From Azolla caroliniana (taxonomy: Eukaryota > Plantae > Polypodiophyta), in contig JBHGNT010000003.1 in the NCBI GenBank assembly GCA_043228905.1, positions 12,028,001 through 12,092,000 of the forward strand: DNA of 64,000 nt, in the 5' to 3' direction. Shown in pieces: positions 49,401 through 62,791 of the stretch. Under the pieces are notes generated by a model. It was given only the letters and a program-made list of their open reading frames with translations. It was not told the origin of the DNA and searched no databases. The stretch's first letter is position 1, and each line of letters begins with the position of its first letter. Both the position numbers and the translations under genes were made by a program.

Positions 49401-52139
49401 GCTGGTACTAGGACGCGGACTCGTCAAACACAACGTTGTGGCTGACACGCGCTTGTTTGGTGCGAGGGTTATAGCACTTATAACCCTTCTGCTCGTTCGA
49501 GTAACCGACGAAGATGCATTTCTCGGCCTTTGCATCCAGCTTCCTCCTTTTCTCCTTCGGTATATGCACATACGCAATGCTACCGAACACCCTCAAGTGT
49601 CGCAAGTTCGGCTTTGTTCCGAAATATAGCTCATGCGCCGACACTTTGTCTCCGATCCGGTTCTGGATGTATACCGCGGTCCTTACCGCCTCAGCCCAGT
49701 AGAACTTGGGCAAGCTCTTCTCCTCCAGCATTGCCCGTGCCCCTTCCACAATTGACCGATTCTTTCTCTCGGCCACGCCGTTCTGCTCCGGCGTGTATCT
49801 ACAACTGAATTCGCGGCGAATTCCCATTTGTTGTAGATAACCGTTGAATTGACTGGAAAAGTACTCTTTCTTGCCATCCGACCACAGGCACTTGATCTTC
49901 CGTCCCGTTTCCGTTTCCACGAACCCTTTGAGGTCACGGAAACAGTCGAAGACTTCGCTCTTCCTCTCAATAAGGTAGATCCACGTGTGCCGCGTGTGGT
50001 CATCGATGAAGGAGACGAAATATCGGCTCCCGCCAAGACTAACGTTTTGTGCCGGCCCCCATACATCAGAGTGTATAAGGTCGAGCTTATTCCGGCTCCG
50101 GTTTCGCTCGTTTGGGAAGGGTAGTCGGTGTTGCTTCCCGAGCTGGCAGGCTTCACAAATTTGTGCCTTTCGGCCACTAAATTTGGGCAATCCGAATACT
50201 ACCTGTTTCGATTGCAGATCTTGAAGCCGTTGGTGGTTGATGTGGCCTATCCGCTTGTGCCACAAGTCGATGTCCGACTTGGTCTTTTGTCCCTTCGCGA
50301 ACATTGCGGTGCCACCGTCAGTGGAGTCGAGGATGAACATCCTCCCATCTCTGCGCCCTTGTGCAATCACATGGCCTTCTTCCTCAATGAAGCACCCAAG
50401 GTGTGTAAACCGAACCTCCATCCCTTGGTCGACGATCTGTCCGACCGAGACCAAGTTCTTCGTGATTGTCGGAACGTGCAACACGTTCATGAGTTTCCCT
50501 TTCTGCCCGACATGGCTAAGGGGAACTTCTCCGACATTCGCGATCGGATGCGGAGTGTCGTCTCCTGTTGCGACTACTCCAGGTTGTATCGGTTTTTCCA
50601 GGTACGAGAACCACTCCTTATGGCTCGTCATGTGGTTTGACGCGCCGGAGTCTACGTACCACACCTCGTCCGATCTCGGGGTGGTCCGTTTCATTGAGTT
50701 TGCTTCGTGTCTCGTCACGAAGGCAGACCCTTCTTCGGCTATCCCGGAGTCTTCGGCGTAGTGCGATCGCTGCCGATTTCCCTTGTCGGTATGTCTAGAG
50801 CCGTTTCCGGAACCGGTTCTCTCCGATTCGGCGCGCTTCTTCCAACACTCACTTTCCCTGTGGCCTTTCTTGCCACAGTACTAGCACTCTGCGATGGCCT
50901 TCCCTTGCCGGTTCTCATCGCTTCGACTCCCCCTGTTTCCGGAGGGTCCAGAGTTGCTGTCGGCATCACTTCGGTGCCTTCTTCCTTGATCTCGTCGGCT
51001 GCCTCTATTGTGTACCGACTCGCCTTGTCCGCCACGACCACGGGGCCTTTCTCCCTCCGTGTACAACATCTTGTTGTCGGTGTACGTGCTCGTCGACGCA
51101 CCCTCGTGGTTCTCCTCTACCAGGAGCATCGACTGTAAGTCGAAAAAGGACGACGTATTGTCCCGGGTACACACAGCCGTTCGGAACGCTCGGAACTTCG
51201 ACGCCAAACCTCCGAGACAGATCTGAACCATCTCGCTCTCCTCGATGTTCACCTCTATGGAGGCGAGGGAGTCGCAAATATCCTTGATCTTCGAGGTATA
51301 GTCCGCCACCGACAAGTCGCGTTGTCGTAGGTTGCGCAACTCCTATTAGAGTTGGAGCTTCCTGGCTGTGGTGCTCGCGGCGAAAATCTTCTTCAGATTT
51401 TCCCACGCACCCTTTGGCGTCTTTGCATCCCGAACATAGCTCAATAGCTATTCGCCCACACACGATGCGAAGCAGTATAGTACCCTGCTCACCGATTGCT
51501 CCCACGACGGGAAGTCTTTGTGTGTCGATTCGGGTGCCTCGTCATTAGCTCCTTCGACATAACTCCAGTAGCCGTGCCCGAGCAGGTATTGGTGCATCTT
51601 GTAGGACCAAGACGCGTAGTTGGTTCTGTCGAGCTTCTCTGTTGGAAGCGAGCTCGCCATGCCTCTATCCATCGTTCTTCTTGTTCTTCTTCGTCAAGCT
51701 GTGTCGGCTGCAGAGAGGTTCTCAACCCTCGCGCTCTGATACCATGTAGAAAATAACGTGCGGAAGCAAGTATGAAGACCGAACAGAAGGAAGGAAACTC
51801 GGGTTTAATGGAGAGCTTGAGCTTACACGGTATACGCGGGAGAGACAGAGAGAGTGAGAGAGAAGACACAAAAAACTATCTTCAACAATAATACTCAGTC
51901 TGTACATAAGACGTGCTCAGTGAACACTTTTATGCAAGCCCTAGAAGGACTGACTGAAGTACTGACAGTACTTCAATGCTCATCAAGAGCTCCTACACTA
52001 ACTCCCAAATATATTCCTCACGGAATATCTTTCCTAACAACCTCCCGGTTTACGCACTCGGCCTAACCGATCGGTCCCAACCGATCCGGTCCTCGGCTTC
52101 TTCAGACGAACCGGCCGATGTTGAGCTTGTCTCTCAACA
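46435..52139 (-). mobile_element. Full-length Ty1/copia element (family B)
   Basis: 395-bp LTRs 46435-46829 and 51745-52139 (~7 differences), TSD ATCCG, PBS 51733-51744, PPT 46830-46840. Confidence 0.97.
46824..51660 (-). pseudogene. copia gag-pol polyprotein with several stops and a frameshift
   Basis: ORFs 51448-51672, 50881-51339, 49408-50718 and 46824-49577. A 13-bp tandem duplication GAGTCGGGGTTCC at 49366-49391 shifts the frame. Confidence 0.93.
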
Positions 52140-55100
52140 ATCCGGTACTTAAAAATTGATGCGTGTCCGTGAGCCACTTATTTTCTCCGGCGACCGTTCA
52201 ATCCATCGCTACCTCCGCAGTCACCTTGAACAACTTTGCATTCGGAAACTCATCGCAAACCTTGTCACCGGATTCGCCGGATTCCAACCGGCTTAAGTAA
52301 TCTGCTACTGCATGTTGCACTCTGGGCCGATGAATATGTGGAATTCAAATTCCTGCAGTAATAAGGTCCATCTTGCTATCTTCCCCGTTTGTGACGCTCT
52401 TGAGACCAGATAGACTAATGTGGAGTGGTCCACAAGAAATGAAAATTTCCTACCTAACAAATAGTGTCGGTACTATGTTACGCTAGAGCTTCTATTTCCG
52501 TTGTTGAATAATTACACTCGGCTTTGGAAAGCTTTCGGCTCGCTTAATACATCGGTCGGGACCATTCGGCTCCATGAGCTGCACTAGGACATTTCTGATG
52601 GCTACGTCTGACGCATCTACAAATTCGTGGAAATCCTTTGTCTAGTCGGGAGGTTGTACCATCAGTGCTTGTGAAACCATGACTTTGAGCACTTGATAGG
52701 ATTTATCCTCTTGCTCCGTCCACTGGAATTGTAATCTATGTATTGTTGCATGCAACGGAGTGGCGAAATCCGCTACGTACCACCAGATTTGCCCCAAGAA
52801 TCGGCTCAAGGCCTTCGCGTTTTTTGGGGCTGGTGCTTGCAGGATTGCTTTCACCTTGTCCGGATCCACTGCAATTCCTTTGCTCACTATGTGTCCGAGC
52901 AGTACTCTGTTGGTAACCCCGAATACACACTTTGTCGGATTTAAACTCAATCTGTATCCTCAGGATTTCTCAAGTCACATTCGGAGATGGTCCAATTTGT
53001 CCTCCCTCTGGCTATAAACGGCCAAATCATCAAGAAACACCTGCATGAAGGCTAGAATATATTCTCCGAATATTTCCATTATAATTCGTTGAAATGTTGT
53101 CAGTGCCATCTTTAGCCCAAACATCATGACGACCGCAACAAATACTCCCCATTCCATCACGAAGGCCTTGTTGGGATTACGGTCCCTCCGGATGGGATGG
53201 TCAGATGTCCGGGAATCGGGAATGAAGACCCGAATGAGGAGTACCCGGTATCGGAACCGGATGATGAAGACCCGGTTTCGGATCCGGATGATGAAGACCC
53301 CGGCTACGGAGCCGGATGACGAATGTACCCGGAGAGAGATCCGGATGCGGGGACATATTTGTGAATATGTTTGCCAAGGGCCCTCTAGGCTATATTTGTA
53401 AATAGCCCGAAAGTCATATGTGTATAAATATGACTTAGGGCAAACAGTTTTGTTGTTGTTGGTCATTTTTCTGTTTTCCACTTAGAGGGAGCGAAGTGAG
53501 AGCAGCCGAGAGAGAGAGTGAGAGAGAGAGAGAGAAAGGAAGAGGTTGACGCCTCTGTGTAATACCGTCGCCTGTGGCGAGGACAGCGAGCTCAAGGTCG
53601 TCGCCTTGCAGCTCGCCATTGTACATTCCCTGCGTATAGTGATCGTTGGAGTCTTGCACTCCCGTGGTTTTTCCCGTCTAGGGTTTTCCACGCTAAACCC
53701 TGTGCATTCGAGTCTCTCTCTGTGTTTTCGATTTACTGCTGCATTGACTCGTGTTTCCTCGGTTGTGGCCGAGAGGTGAAGGTTTTGAAAGCGTCAATTT
53801 CTAACAATCTAGTATCAGAGCGACTGCAGTGCAGAAAATAGAAGGCGGCAGCAGCGGGCAGCCGGGGATGATGGTGCTGAATGCGCAGAACTACGCCGAC
53901 TGGAAGATAAAGATGGAGGATCTGCTCATTGTTCGGGACCTGTATGAACCGATCGACAGGTCGGAAATACCCAAGGGGGTACTTGAGACGGAATGGAGGC
54001 TTCTGAACCGGAAAGCCGTTGCAACCATTCGGCAATACGTTGACGTGAGCGTTCTACAACATGTGACGAACGACACCAACGCATATGAGATGTGGCAGAA
54101 GCTGTCGGGCCTCTACGAGAGGAAGAATGCGTTGAACCGGACCTCCCTGATGAGGAAGATAGTGAACCTCAAGTACCGGGACGGGGAGAGTATGGTGGAA
54201 CACGTAAGCACGTTCATGGGATTCGTGAACCAGCTTGCGGCGATCAAGTTCCCGTTGGAGGATGCAATGCAAGCCATCATGCTGATGTGTACATTGCCGG
54301 AAAGCTGGGAGAACTTGGTGGTGACTCTCAGCACCTCCTGCACCGAAGATAACTTGTCCCTACAAACGGTAAAGACAAGCATTTTGAACGAAGAAGCGCG
54401 TCGGAGAGATAAACAACCGGCCTCCGATCCGAAGATGCTGCTTACCGAATCGGATCGGGGAAGACAACGGAACCGGAGTCCGCAAAGACGGGAGAAGTCG
54501 GGGACCCGGTCGCAGTCAAGAGGAAGGCCCACATGCTTCCACTGTGGGAAGCCGGGGCACTTCCGAAAGAATTGTCGGCATTACCGAAAAGACAACGGAG
54601 CCGACGACACCGATTCGAAGAAGTCTTCGGAACGGAACGATGCTTACCGGGGAGCCACGGACCGGAATGGTTCAGATCGGCGAGGGCAGGACCGGAAAGG
54701 AACGACGGCACTCGCGGCAAGTGAAGAGGAGATCATGCTCATCACCGAAGAAGGTGAACTAAACATTGCCGGCGATGAGACTACCTGGGTGGTCGATTCC
54801 GGAGCGTCGTTCCACCTGACCCCGGAAAGAAGATCCTTCTCATCCTACACAGCTGGTGAGCATGGCTGTGTTCGGATGGGAAATGAAGGTACGTGCCGGA
54901 TTGCCGGCATAGGAGACGTGTGGTTGACAACCTCAACCAGATGCAAAATGTTGCTGAAGGATGTCCGACACGTTCCGGAGGTTCGATTGAACCTGATTTC
55001 GGCCGGGAGGCTAGACGATGAAGGCTACACATGTAGCATCCGGAACGGCGTAATGAAGTTCAGCAAGCGGAGCCTGATAGTGGCTCGGGCCCGGAAAGTC

Positions 55101-57500
55101 AACACACTGTACCTTATGAATGCCTGGTTGTGTCCGGAGGAGTTGAACGTGGCAGCCGACACTGCCGGTGAGCTGTGGCACAAGAGACTGTGCCACATGA
55201 GTGAGAAGGGGATGAAGAGGCTTGCAGAAGACAACCTTATTCCAGTGAAGCATGTGCACCTGGAGAAGTGCACCGATTGCCTGGCCGGTAAGCAGAACCG
55301 AACCTCCTTCCACTCAAGGCCACCGACGAGACGTAGCGCACCATTGGAGTTGGTGCACACTGACGTGTGTCAAGTAGAAACGAAGTCACATGGCGGAGCC
55401 CAGTACTTCGTGACATTCATTGATGACCACAGCCGGAAGCTGTGGACGGCACCATTGAAGACAAAGGACCAAGTGTTGTGCGTCTTCAAAGAACTCCACG
55501 CGAGAGTGGAAAGGGAATCCGGCAAGAAGCTGAAAGCGATACGAGCGGATAACCGAGGGGAATACCGGGGGCAGTTCGAGGAGTACTGTTGCTCGAAGGG
55601 AATCCGGCTCGAGTTTACTGTGCCGAAGACGCCGAAACTGAACGGGCTAGCCGAGAGGATGAACCGGACCATAATGGAGAGGGTCCGGAGTATGCTGGCG
55701 CATGCGAAATTAACCAAGGGGTTTTGGGCTGAGGCAATGTCGACGGCGACATACGTGATAAACAGATCACCCTCAGTACCTTTGGACGGAGACACGCCGC
55801 AGAGAGTGTGGACCGGTAGGGAACTATCCTACCGGCATCTGAAGGTGTTCGGGTGTCTCGCATATGTGCATGTGGGTAAGGACCGGAGAGGAAAGCTAGA
55901 TCCAAAGACCCGACCATGCATATTCCTCGGTTACGGCGATGACGAGTTCGGCTACCGAGTATGGGACCCGGTCGACAAAAAGATATTCCGGAGTCGTGAT
56001 ACCATCTTCATGGAGGACAAGACACTCGCCGACTGGGAGTCGGAGAAGAAGATGAAGAGCTCCAAGTCGACCGGTGAGGATCAACTCTACGAGGAGCAGT
56101 CCCGACCGGCAAGGTACCGGTTAGCACTCGAGGATCCGGCCGAAGACAGTGAAGAAACAGAACCGGCCGAGGAAGATGAAACTGATACCGGAACCGGCCC
56201 CGATCCCGAAATGGATTCGGATGAAGAGGAAACGGAGGAGCCAGTTACCGAAGCTCCGGAACGGAGATATCCTCTAAGAGAGAGAAGGGCCCCCCGGAGA
56301 TTTCCGGAACCAGAGCACGTGCTGCTAACCGACGAGGGGGAGCCGGAGAGTTTTGAAGAAGCAAAGCTTGACACCCATAGCCGCAGGTGGTTAAGTGCCA
56401 TGCAGGACGAGATGGATTCCCTGCATGAGAACCACACATATGAACTTGTGGAGTTGCCGAAAGGAAAGCGGGCACTTCGAAACAAGTGGGTGTTCAAGCT
56501 GAAACCGGGAGATGCCGGAAACCCCCGGAGATACAAAGCCAGGATCGTGGTGAAGGGGTTCCAGCAGAAGAAGGGCGCCGACTTCGACGAGATATTTGCC
56601 CCGGTAGTGAAGATGACCTCCATCCGGACGGTGCTGAGCATAGCGGCAAGCATGGACCTCGAGGTAGAACAGATAGACGTGAAGACGGCATTTCTTCACG
56701 GTGACCTCGAAGAAGATATCTACATGCAGCAACCGGAAGGATTCGAGAAGAAAGGGAAGGAGTGCCTGGTATGCCGGTTGAAGAAGAGCCTTTACGGACT
56801 GAAGCAGGCTCCCCGGCAATGGTACCGGAAGTTCGACTCTTTCATGACCGACGAAGGGTACCACAAAACGCAGTCCGATCACTGCAAGTTTGTGAAGAAG
56901 TTCGAAGGAGGAGACTTTCTAATACTCCTCCTGTACGTGGACGACATGTTGATCGTCGGACGGGACCAGGTCAAGATACGGATGCTGAAGAAAGCGCTTC
57001 ACCGAACCTTCTCAATGAAGGACCTGGGTCCGGCGAGGCAAATACTAGGGATGCACATCATCCGGGACCGGAAGAAGAAGCAGTTGTGGCTGTCACAGGA
57101 GAAGTACGTGACAAAGGTGCTTCACCGGTTCAACATGTCGGAAGCAAGACCGGTCGGGTCAACCCTCCCGACAAACTGCAAGTTGTCCAGCAAGCAAAGC
57201 CCCAAGACAAAGGCTGAGAAGGAGGACATGATGAAAGTACCATATGCCTCTGCCGTCGGAAGCTTGATGTACGCAATGGTGTGTACAAGACCGGACATAG
57301 GATATGCAGTCGGAGTGGTGAGCCGGTACATGAGCAATCCCGGCAAAGAGCACTGGAACGCGGCCAAGTGGATACTCTGATACCTGAAGGGCACGACAAA
57401 CGTGTGCCTCCGATTCGGCTCCGGTAAGCCCGAACTCGACGGCTTTACCGATTCGGATATGTCGGCTGATGCGGATACCAGCCGGTCCACATCAGGGTAT

Positions 57501-60500
57501 TGTTGGGATTACGGTCCCTTCGGATGGGATGGTCGGATGTCGGAGATGAATGACGACAAGCCCGGTTGCGGTTTCGGAAGCGGATGATGAAGATCCCGGC
57601 TACGGAGCCGGATGACGAATGTACCCGGAGAGAGATCCGGATGCGGGGACATATTTGTGAATATGTTTGCCAAGGGCCCTTGAGGCTATAGTTGTAAATA
57701 GCCCGAAAGTCATATGTGTATAAATATGACTTAGGGCAAACAGTTTTAATGTTGTTGCTCATTTTTCTGTTTTCACCTAGAGGGAGCGAAGTGAGAGCAG
57801 CCGAGAGAGAGAGAGAAGGAAGAGGTCGACGCCTCTGTGTAATACCGCCGCCTGTGGCGAGGATAGCGAGCTCAAGGTCGTCGCCTTGCAGCTCGCCATT
57901 GTATATTTCCCAGCGTATAGTGATAGTCGGAGTCTTGCACTCCCATGGTTTTTCCCGTCTAGGGTTTTCCACGTTAATCCCTGTGTATTCGTGTCTTTCT
58001 CTGTGTTTCCTATTTTCTGCTGCATTGATTCGCGCTTCCTTGGTTGTGGCCGAGTGGTGAAGGTTAATCGAAGCGTCGATTCCCTACAAACTGGTATCAG
58101 AGCGACTGCAGTGCAGAAAATGGAAGGCGACAGCAGCGGGCAGCCGGGGATGATGGTGCTGAATGCGCAGAACTAGGCCGACTGGAAGATAAAGATGGAG
58201 GATCTGCTCATTGTTCGGGACCTGTATGAACCGATCGACAGGTCGGAAATACCCAAGGGGGTACTTGAGACGGAATGGAGGCTTCTGAACCGGAAAGCCG
58301 TTGCAACCATTCGGCAATATGTCGACGTGAGCGTTCTACAACATGTGGCGAACGACACCAACGCATATGAGATGTGGCGGAAGCTGTCGGGCCTCTACGA
58401 GAGGAAGAATGCGTTGAACCGGACCTCCCTGATGAGGAAGATAGTGAACCTCAAGTACCGGGACGGCGAGAGTATGGTGGAACACGTAAGCACGTTCATG
58501 GGATTCGTGAACCAGCTTGCGGCGATCAAGTTCCCGTTGGAGGATGCAATGCAAGCCATCATGCTGATGTGTACATTGCCGGAAAGCTGGGAGAACTTGG
58601 TGGTGACTCTCAGCACCTCCTGCACCGAAGATAACTTGTCCCTACAAACGGTAAAGACAAGTATTTTGAACGAAGAAGCGCGTCGGAGAGATAAAGAACC
58701 GGCCTCCGATCCGAAGATGTTGTTTACCGAATCGGATCGGGGAAGACAACGGAACCGGAGTCCGCAAAGACGGGAGAAGTCGGGGACCCGGTCGCAGTCA
58801 AGAGGAAGGCCCACATGCTTCCACTGTGGGAAGCCGGGGCACTTCCGAAAGAATTGTCGGCATTACCGAAAAGACAACGGAGCTGACGACACCGATTCGA
58901 AGAAGTCTTCGGAACGGAACGGTGCTTACCGGGGAGCCACGGACCGGAATGGTTCGGATCGGCGAGGGCAGGACCGGAAAGGAACGATGGCACTCGCGGC
59001 AAGTGAAGAGGAGATCATGCTCATCACCGAAGAAGGTGAACTAAACATTGCCGGCGATGAGACTACCTGGGTGGTCGATTCCGGAGCGTCGTTCCACCTG
59101 ACCCCGGGAAGAAGATCCTTCTCATCCTACACAGCTGGTGAGCATGGCTGTGTTCGGATGGGAAATGAAGGTACGTGCCGGATTGCCGGCGTAGGAGACG
59201 TGTGGTTGACAACCTCGACCGGATGCAAAATACTGCTGAAGGATGTCAGACACGTTCCGGAGGTTCGATTGAACCTGATTTCGGCCGGGAGGCTAGACGA
59301 TGAAGGCTACACAGGTAGCATCCGGAACGGTGTAATGAAGTTCAGCAAGGGGAGCCTGATAGTGGCTCGGGCCCGGAAAGTCAACACACTGTACCTTATG
59401 AATGCCTGGTTGTGTCCGGAAGAGTTGAACGTGGCAGCCGACACTGCCGGTGAGCTGTGGCACAAGAGACTGTGCCACATGAGTGAGAAGGGGATGAAGA
59501 GGCTTGCAGAAGACAACCTTATTCCAGTGAAGGATGTGCACCTGGAGAAGTGCACCGATTGCCTGGCCGGTAAGCAGAACCGAACCTCCTTCCACTCAAG
59601 GCCACCGACGAGACGTAGCGCACCATTGGAGTTGGTGCACACTCATGTGTGTCAGGTAGAAACGAAGTCACATGGCGGAGCCCAGTACTTCGTAACATTC
59701 ATAGATGATCATAGCCGAAAACATTGGACGGCACCGCTGAAGACAAAGGACCAAGTGTTGTGCGTCTTCAAAGAACTCCACGCGAGAGTGGAAAGGGAAT
59801 CCGGCAAGAAGCTGAAAGCGATACGAGCGGATAACGGAGGGGAATACCGGGGGCAGTTCAAGGAGTACTGTCGCTCGAAGGGAATCCGGCTCGAGTTTAC
59901 TGTGCCGAAGACGCCGGAACTGAACGGGCTGGCCGAGAGGATGAACCGGACCATAATGGAGAGGGTCCGGAGTATGCTGGCGCATGCGAAATTACCCAAG
60001 GGGTTTTGGGCTGAGGCAATGTCGACGGCGACATACGTGATAAACAGATCACCCTCAGTACCTTTGGACGGAGACACGCCGCAGAGAGTGTGGACCGGTA
60101 GGGAAGTATCCTACCGGCATCTGAAGGTGTTCGGGTGTCTCGCATATGTGCATGTGGGTAAGGACCGGAGAGGAAAGCTAGATCCAAAGACCCGGCCATG
60201 CATATTCCTCGGTTACGGCGATGACGAGTTCGGCTACCGAGTATGGGACCCGGTCGACAAGAAGATATTCCGGAGTCGTGATATCATCTTCATGGAGAAC
60301 AAGACACTCGCCGACTGGGAGTCGGAGAAGAAGATGAAGAGCTCCAAGTCGACCGGTGAGGATCAACTCTACGAGGAGCAGTCCCGACCGGCAAGGGACC
60401 AGTTAGCACACGAGGATCCGGCCGAGGACGGTGAAGAAACAGAACCGGCCGAGGAAGATGAAACTGATACCGGAACCGGCCCCGATCCCGAAATGGATTC

Positions 60501-62791
60501 GGATGAAGAGGAAACGGAGGAGCCGGTTACCGAAGCTCCGGAACGGAGATATCCTCTAAGAGAGAGAAGGGCCCCCCGGAGATTTCCGGAACCAGAGCAC
60601 GTGCTGCTAACCGACGAGGGGGAGCCGGAGACCTTTGAAGAAGCAAAGCATGACACCCAAAGCCGCAGGTGGTTGAGTGCCATGCAGGACGAGATGGATT
60701 CCCTGCATGAGAACCACACATATGAACTTGTGGAGTTGCCGAAAGGAAAGCGGGCACTTCGAAACAAGTGGGTGTTCAAGCTGAAACCGGGAGATGCCGG
60801 AGACCCCCCGAGATACAAAGCCAGGATCGTGGTGAAGGGGTTTCAGCAGAAGAAGGGTGTCGACTTCGACGAGATATTTGCCCCGATAGTGAAGATGACC
60901 TCCATCCGGACGGTGTTGAGCATAGCGGCAAGCATGGACCTCGAGGTAGAACAGATAGACGTGAAGACGACATTCTTTCACGGTGACCTCGAAGAAGAGA
61001 TCTACATGCAGCAACCGGAAGGATTCGAGAAGAAAGGGAAGGAGCACCTGGTATGCCGGTTGAAGAAGAGCCTTTACGGACTGAAGCAGGCTCCCCGGCA
61101 ATGGTACCGGAAGTTCGACTCTTTCATGACCGACGAAGGGTACCTCAAAACGCAGTCCGACCACTGCGTGTTTGTGAAGAAGTTCGAAGGAGGAGACTTT
61201 CCAATACTCCTCCTGTACGTGGACGACATGTTGATCGTCGGACGGGACCAGGTCAAGATACAGATGCTGAAGAAGGCTCTTCACCGAACCTTCTCAATGA
61301 AGGACTTGGGTCCGGCGAGACAAATACTAGGGATGCACATCATCCAGGACCGTAGCAAGAAGCAGTTGTGGCTGTCACAGGAGAAGTACGTGACAAAGGT
61401 GCTTAAACGGTTCAACATGTCAGAAGCAAGACCGGTCGGATCGACCCTCCCGGCAAACTGCAAGCTGTCCAGCAAGCAAAGCCCCAAGACAAAGGCTGAG
61501 AAGGAGGACATGATGAAAGTGCCATATGCCTCTGCCGTCGGAAGCTTGATGTACGCAATGGTGTGTACAAGACCGGACATTGGATACGCAGTCGGAGTGG
61601 TGAGCCGGTACATGAGCAATCCCGGCAAAGAGCACTGGAACGCGGCCAAGTGGATACTCCGATACCTGAAGGGCACGGCAAACGTGTGCCTCCGATTCGG
61701 CTCCGGTAAGCCCGAACTCGACGGCTTTACCGATTCGGATATGTCGGCTGATGCAGATACCAGCCGATCCACATCAGGGTATGTGATGACGTATGCAGGG
61801 GGAGCTGTTTCATGGCAGTCGAGGCTGCAGAAGACGGTTGCGTTGTCAACCACGGAGGCGGAGTACATGGCGGCTGTTGAAGCCGGCAAGGAAATGATAT
61901 GGATGAAGGACTTCATTAGAGAGCTTGGTATCCAGCAGGAGGAGTACCGACTCTACTGCGACAGTCAGAGTGCCATCCACCTTGGGAAGAACGCGGCCTA
62001 TCACTCCCGGACGAAGCACATCCAGCGAAGATATCACTGGATCCCGGAAAGGATAGAAGACAAGGAGTTCGTGCTGACGAAGGTCCACATGGACGAGAAC
62101 GGGTCGGATATGCTGACCAAGGTGCTCACACCCGACAAGTTGGAAGCATGCCGGAAGAGGATCGGATTGGAGAGACATCCCATGCCGAAGTGAAGGGGGA
62201 GTTTGTTGGGATTACGGTCCCTTCGGATGGGATGGTCGGATGTCAGAGATGAATGACGACAAGCCCGGTTGCGGTTTCGGAACCGGATGATGAAGATCCC
62301 GGCTACGGAGCCAGATGACGAATGTACCCGGAGAGAGATCCGGATGCGGGGACATATTTGTGAATATGTTTGCCAAGGGCCCTTGAGGCTATAGTTGTAA
62401 ATAGCCCGAAAGTCATATGTGTATAAATATGACTTAGGGCAAACAGTTTTAATGTTGTTGCTCATTTTTCTGTTTTCACCTAGAGGGAGCGAAGTGAGAG
62501 CAGCCGAGAGAGAGAGAGAAGGAAGAGGTCGACACCTCTGTGTAATACCGCCGCCTGTGGCGAGGATAGCGAGCTCAAGGTCATCGCTTTGCAGCTCGCC
62601 ATTGTATATTTCCCAGCGTATAGTGATAGTCAGAGTCTTGCACTCCCGTGGTTTTTCCCGTCTAGGGTTTTCCACGTTAATCCCTGTGTATTCGTGTCTT
62701 TCTCTGTGTTTCCTATTTTCTGCTGCATTGATTCGCGCTTCCTCGGTTGTGGCCGAGTGGTGAAGGTTAATCGAAGCGTTGATTCCCTATA
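57501..62791 (+). mobile_element. Full-length Ty1/copia element (family A), inner member
   Basis: 588-bp LTRs 57501-58088 and 62204-62791 (~11 differences), TSD GGTAT, PBS 58092-58103, PPT 62193-62201. Confidence 0.97.
58195..62193 (+). CDS. copia gag-pol polyprotein (1332 aa open; true start ATG 58120 is cut off by TAG at 58174-58176)
   Basis: Contiguous gag, zinc knuckle, PR (WVVDSGAS), IN, RT (LYVDDML) and RH. The integrase HTD motif is mutated to HTH, so it is probably non-functional. Confidence 0.85.
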   Translation: MEDLLIVRDLYEPIDRSEIPKGVLETEWRLLNRKAVATIRQYVDVSVLQHVANDTNAYEMWRKLSGLYERKNALNRTSLMRKIVNLKYRDGESMVEHVSTFMGFVNQLAAIKFPLEDAMQAIMLMCTLPESWENLVVTLSTSCTEDNLSLQTVKTSILNEEARRRDKEPASDPKMLFTESDRGRQRNRSPQRREKSGTRSQSRGRPTCFHCGKPGHFRKNCRHYRKDNGADDTDSKKSSERNGAYRGATDRNGSDRRGQDRKGTMALAASEEEIMLITEEGELNIAGDETTWVVDSGASFHLTPGRRSFSSYTAGEHGCVRMGNEGTCRIAGVGDVWLTTSTGCKILLKDVRHVPEVRLNLISAGRLDDEGYTGSIRNGVMKFSKGSLIVARARKVNTLYLMNAWLCPEELNVAADTAGELWHKRLCHMSEKGMKRLAEDNLIPVKDVHLEKCTDCLAGKQNRTSFHSRPPTRRSAPLELVHTHVCQVETKSHGGAQYFVTFIDDHSRKHWTAPLKTKDQVLCVFKELHARVERESGKKLKAIRADNGGEYRGQFKEYCRSKGIRLEFTVPKTPELNGLAERMNRTIMERVRSMLAHAKLPKGFWAEAMSTATYVINRSPSVPLDGDTPQRVWTGREVSYRHLKVFGCLAYVHVGKDRRGKLDPKTRPCIFLGYGDDEFGYRVWDPVDKKIFRSRDIIFMENKTLADWESEKKMKSSKSTGEDQLYEEQSRPARDQLAHEDPAEDGEETEPAEEDETDTGTGPDPEMDSDEEETEEPVTEAPERRYPLRERRAPRRFPEPEHVLLTDEGEPETFEEAKHDTQSRRWLSAMQDEMDSLHENHTYELVELPKGKRALRNKWVFKLKPGDAGDPPRYKARIVVKGFQQKKGVDFDEIFAPIVKMTSIRTVLSIAASMDLEVEQIDVKTTFFHGDLEEEIYMQQPEGFEKKGKEHLVCRLKKSLYGLKQAPRQWYRKFDSFMTDEGYLKTQSDHCVFVKKFEGGDFPILLLYVDDMLIVGRDQVKIQMLKKALHRTFSMKDLGPARQILGMHIIQDRSKKQLWLSQEKYVTKVLKRFNMSEARPVGSTLPANCKLSSKQSPKTKAEKEDMMKVPYASAVGSLMYAMVCTRPDIGYAVGVVSRYMSNPGKEHWNAAKWILRYLKGTANVCLRFGSGKPELDGFTDSDMSADADTSRSTSGYVMTYAGGAVSWQSRLQKTVALSTTEAEYMAAVEAGKEMIWMKDFIRELGIQQEEYRLYCDSQSAIHLGKNAAYHSRTKHIQRRYHWIPERIEDKEFVLTKVHMDENGSDMLTKVLTPDKLEACRKRIGLERHPMPK

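Noticed and set aside
57501-62791. Tandem three-LTR array or assembly duplication
   Set aside because: Distinct LTR variant, its own 5-bp TSD and insertion mid-RNase H show a true nested insertion.
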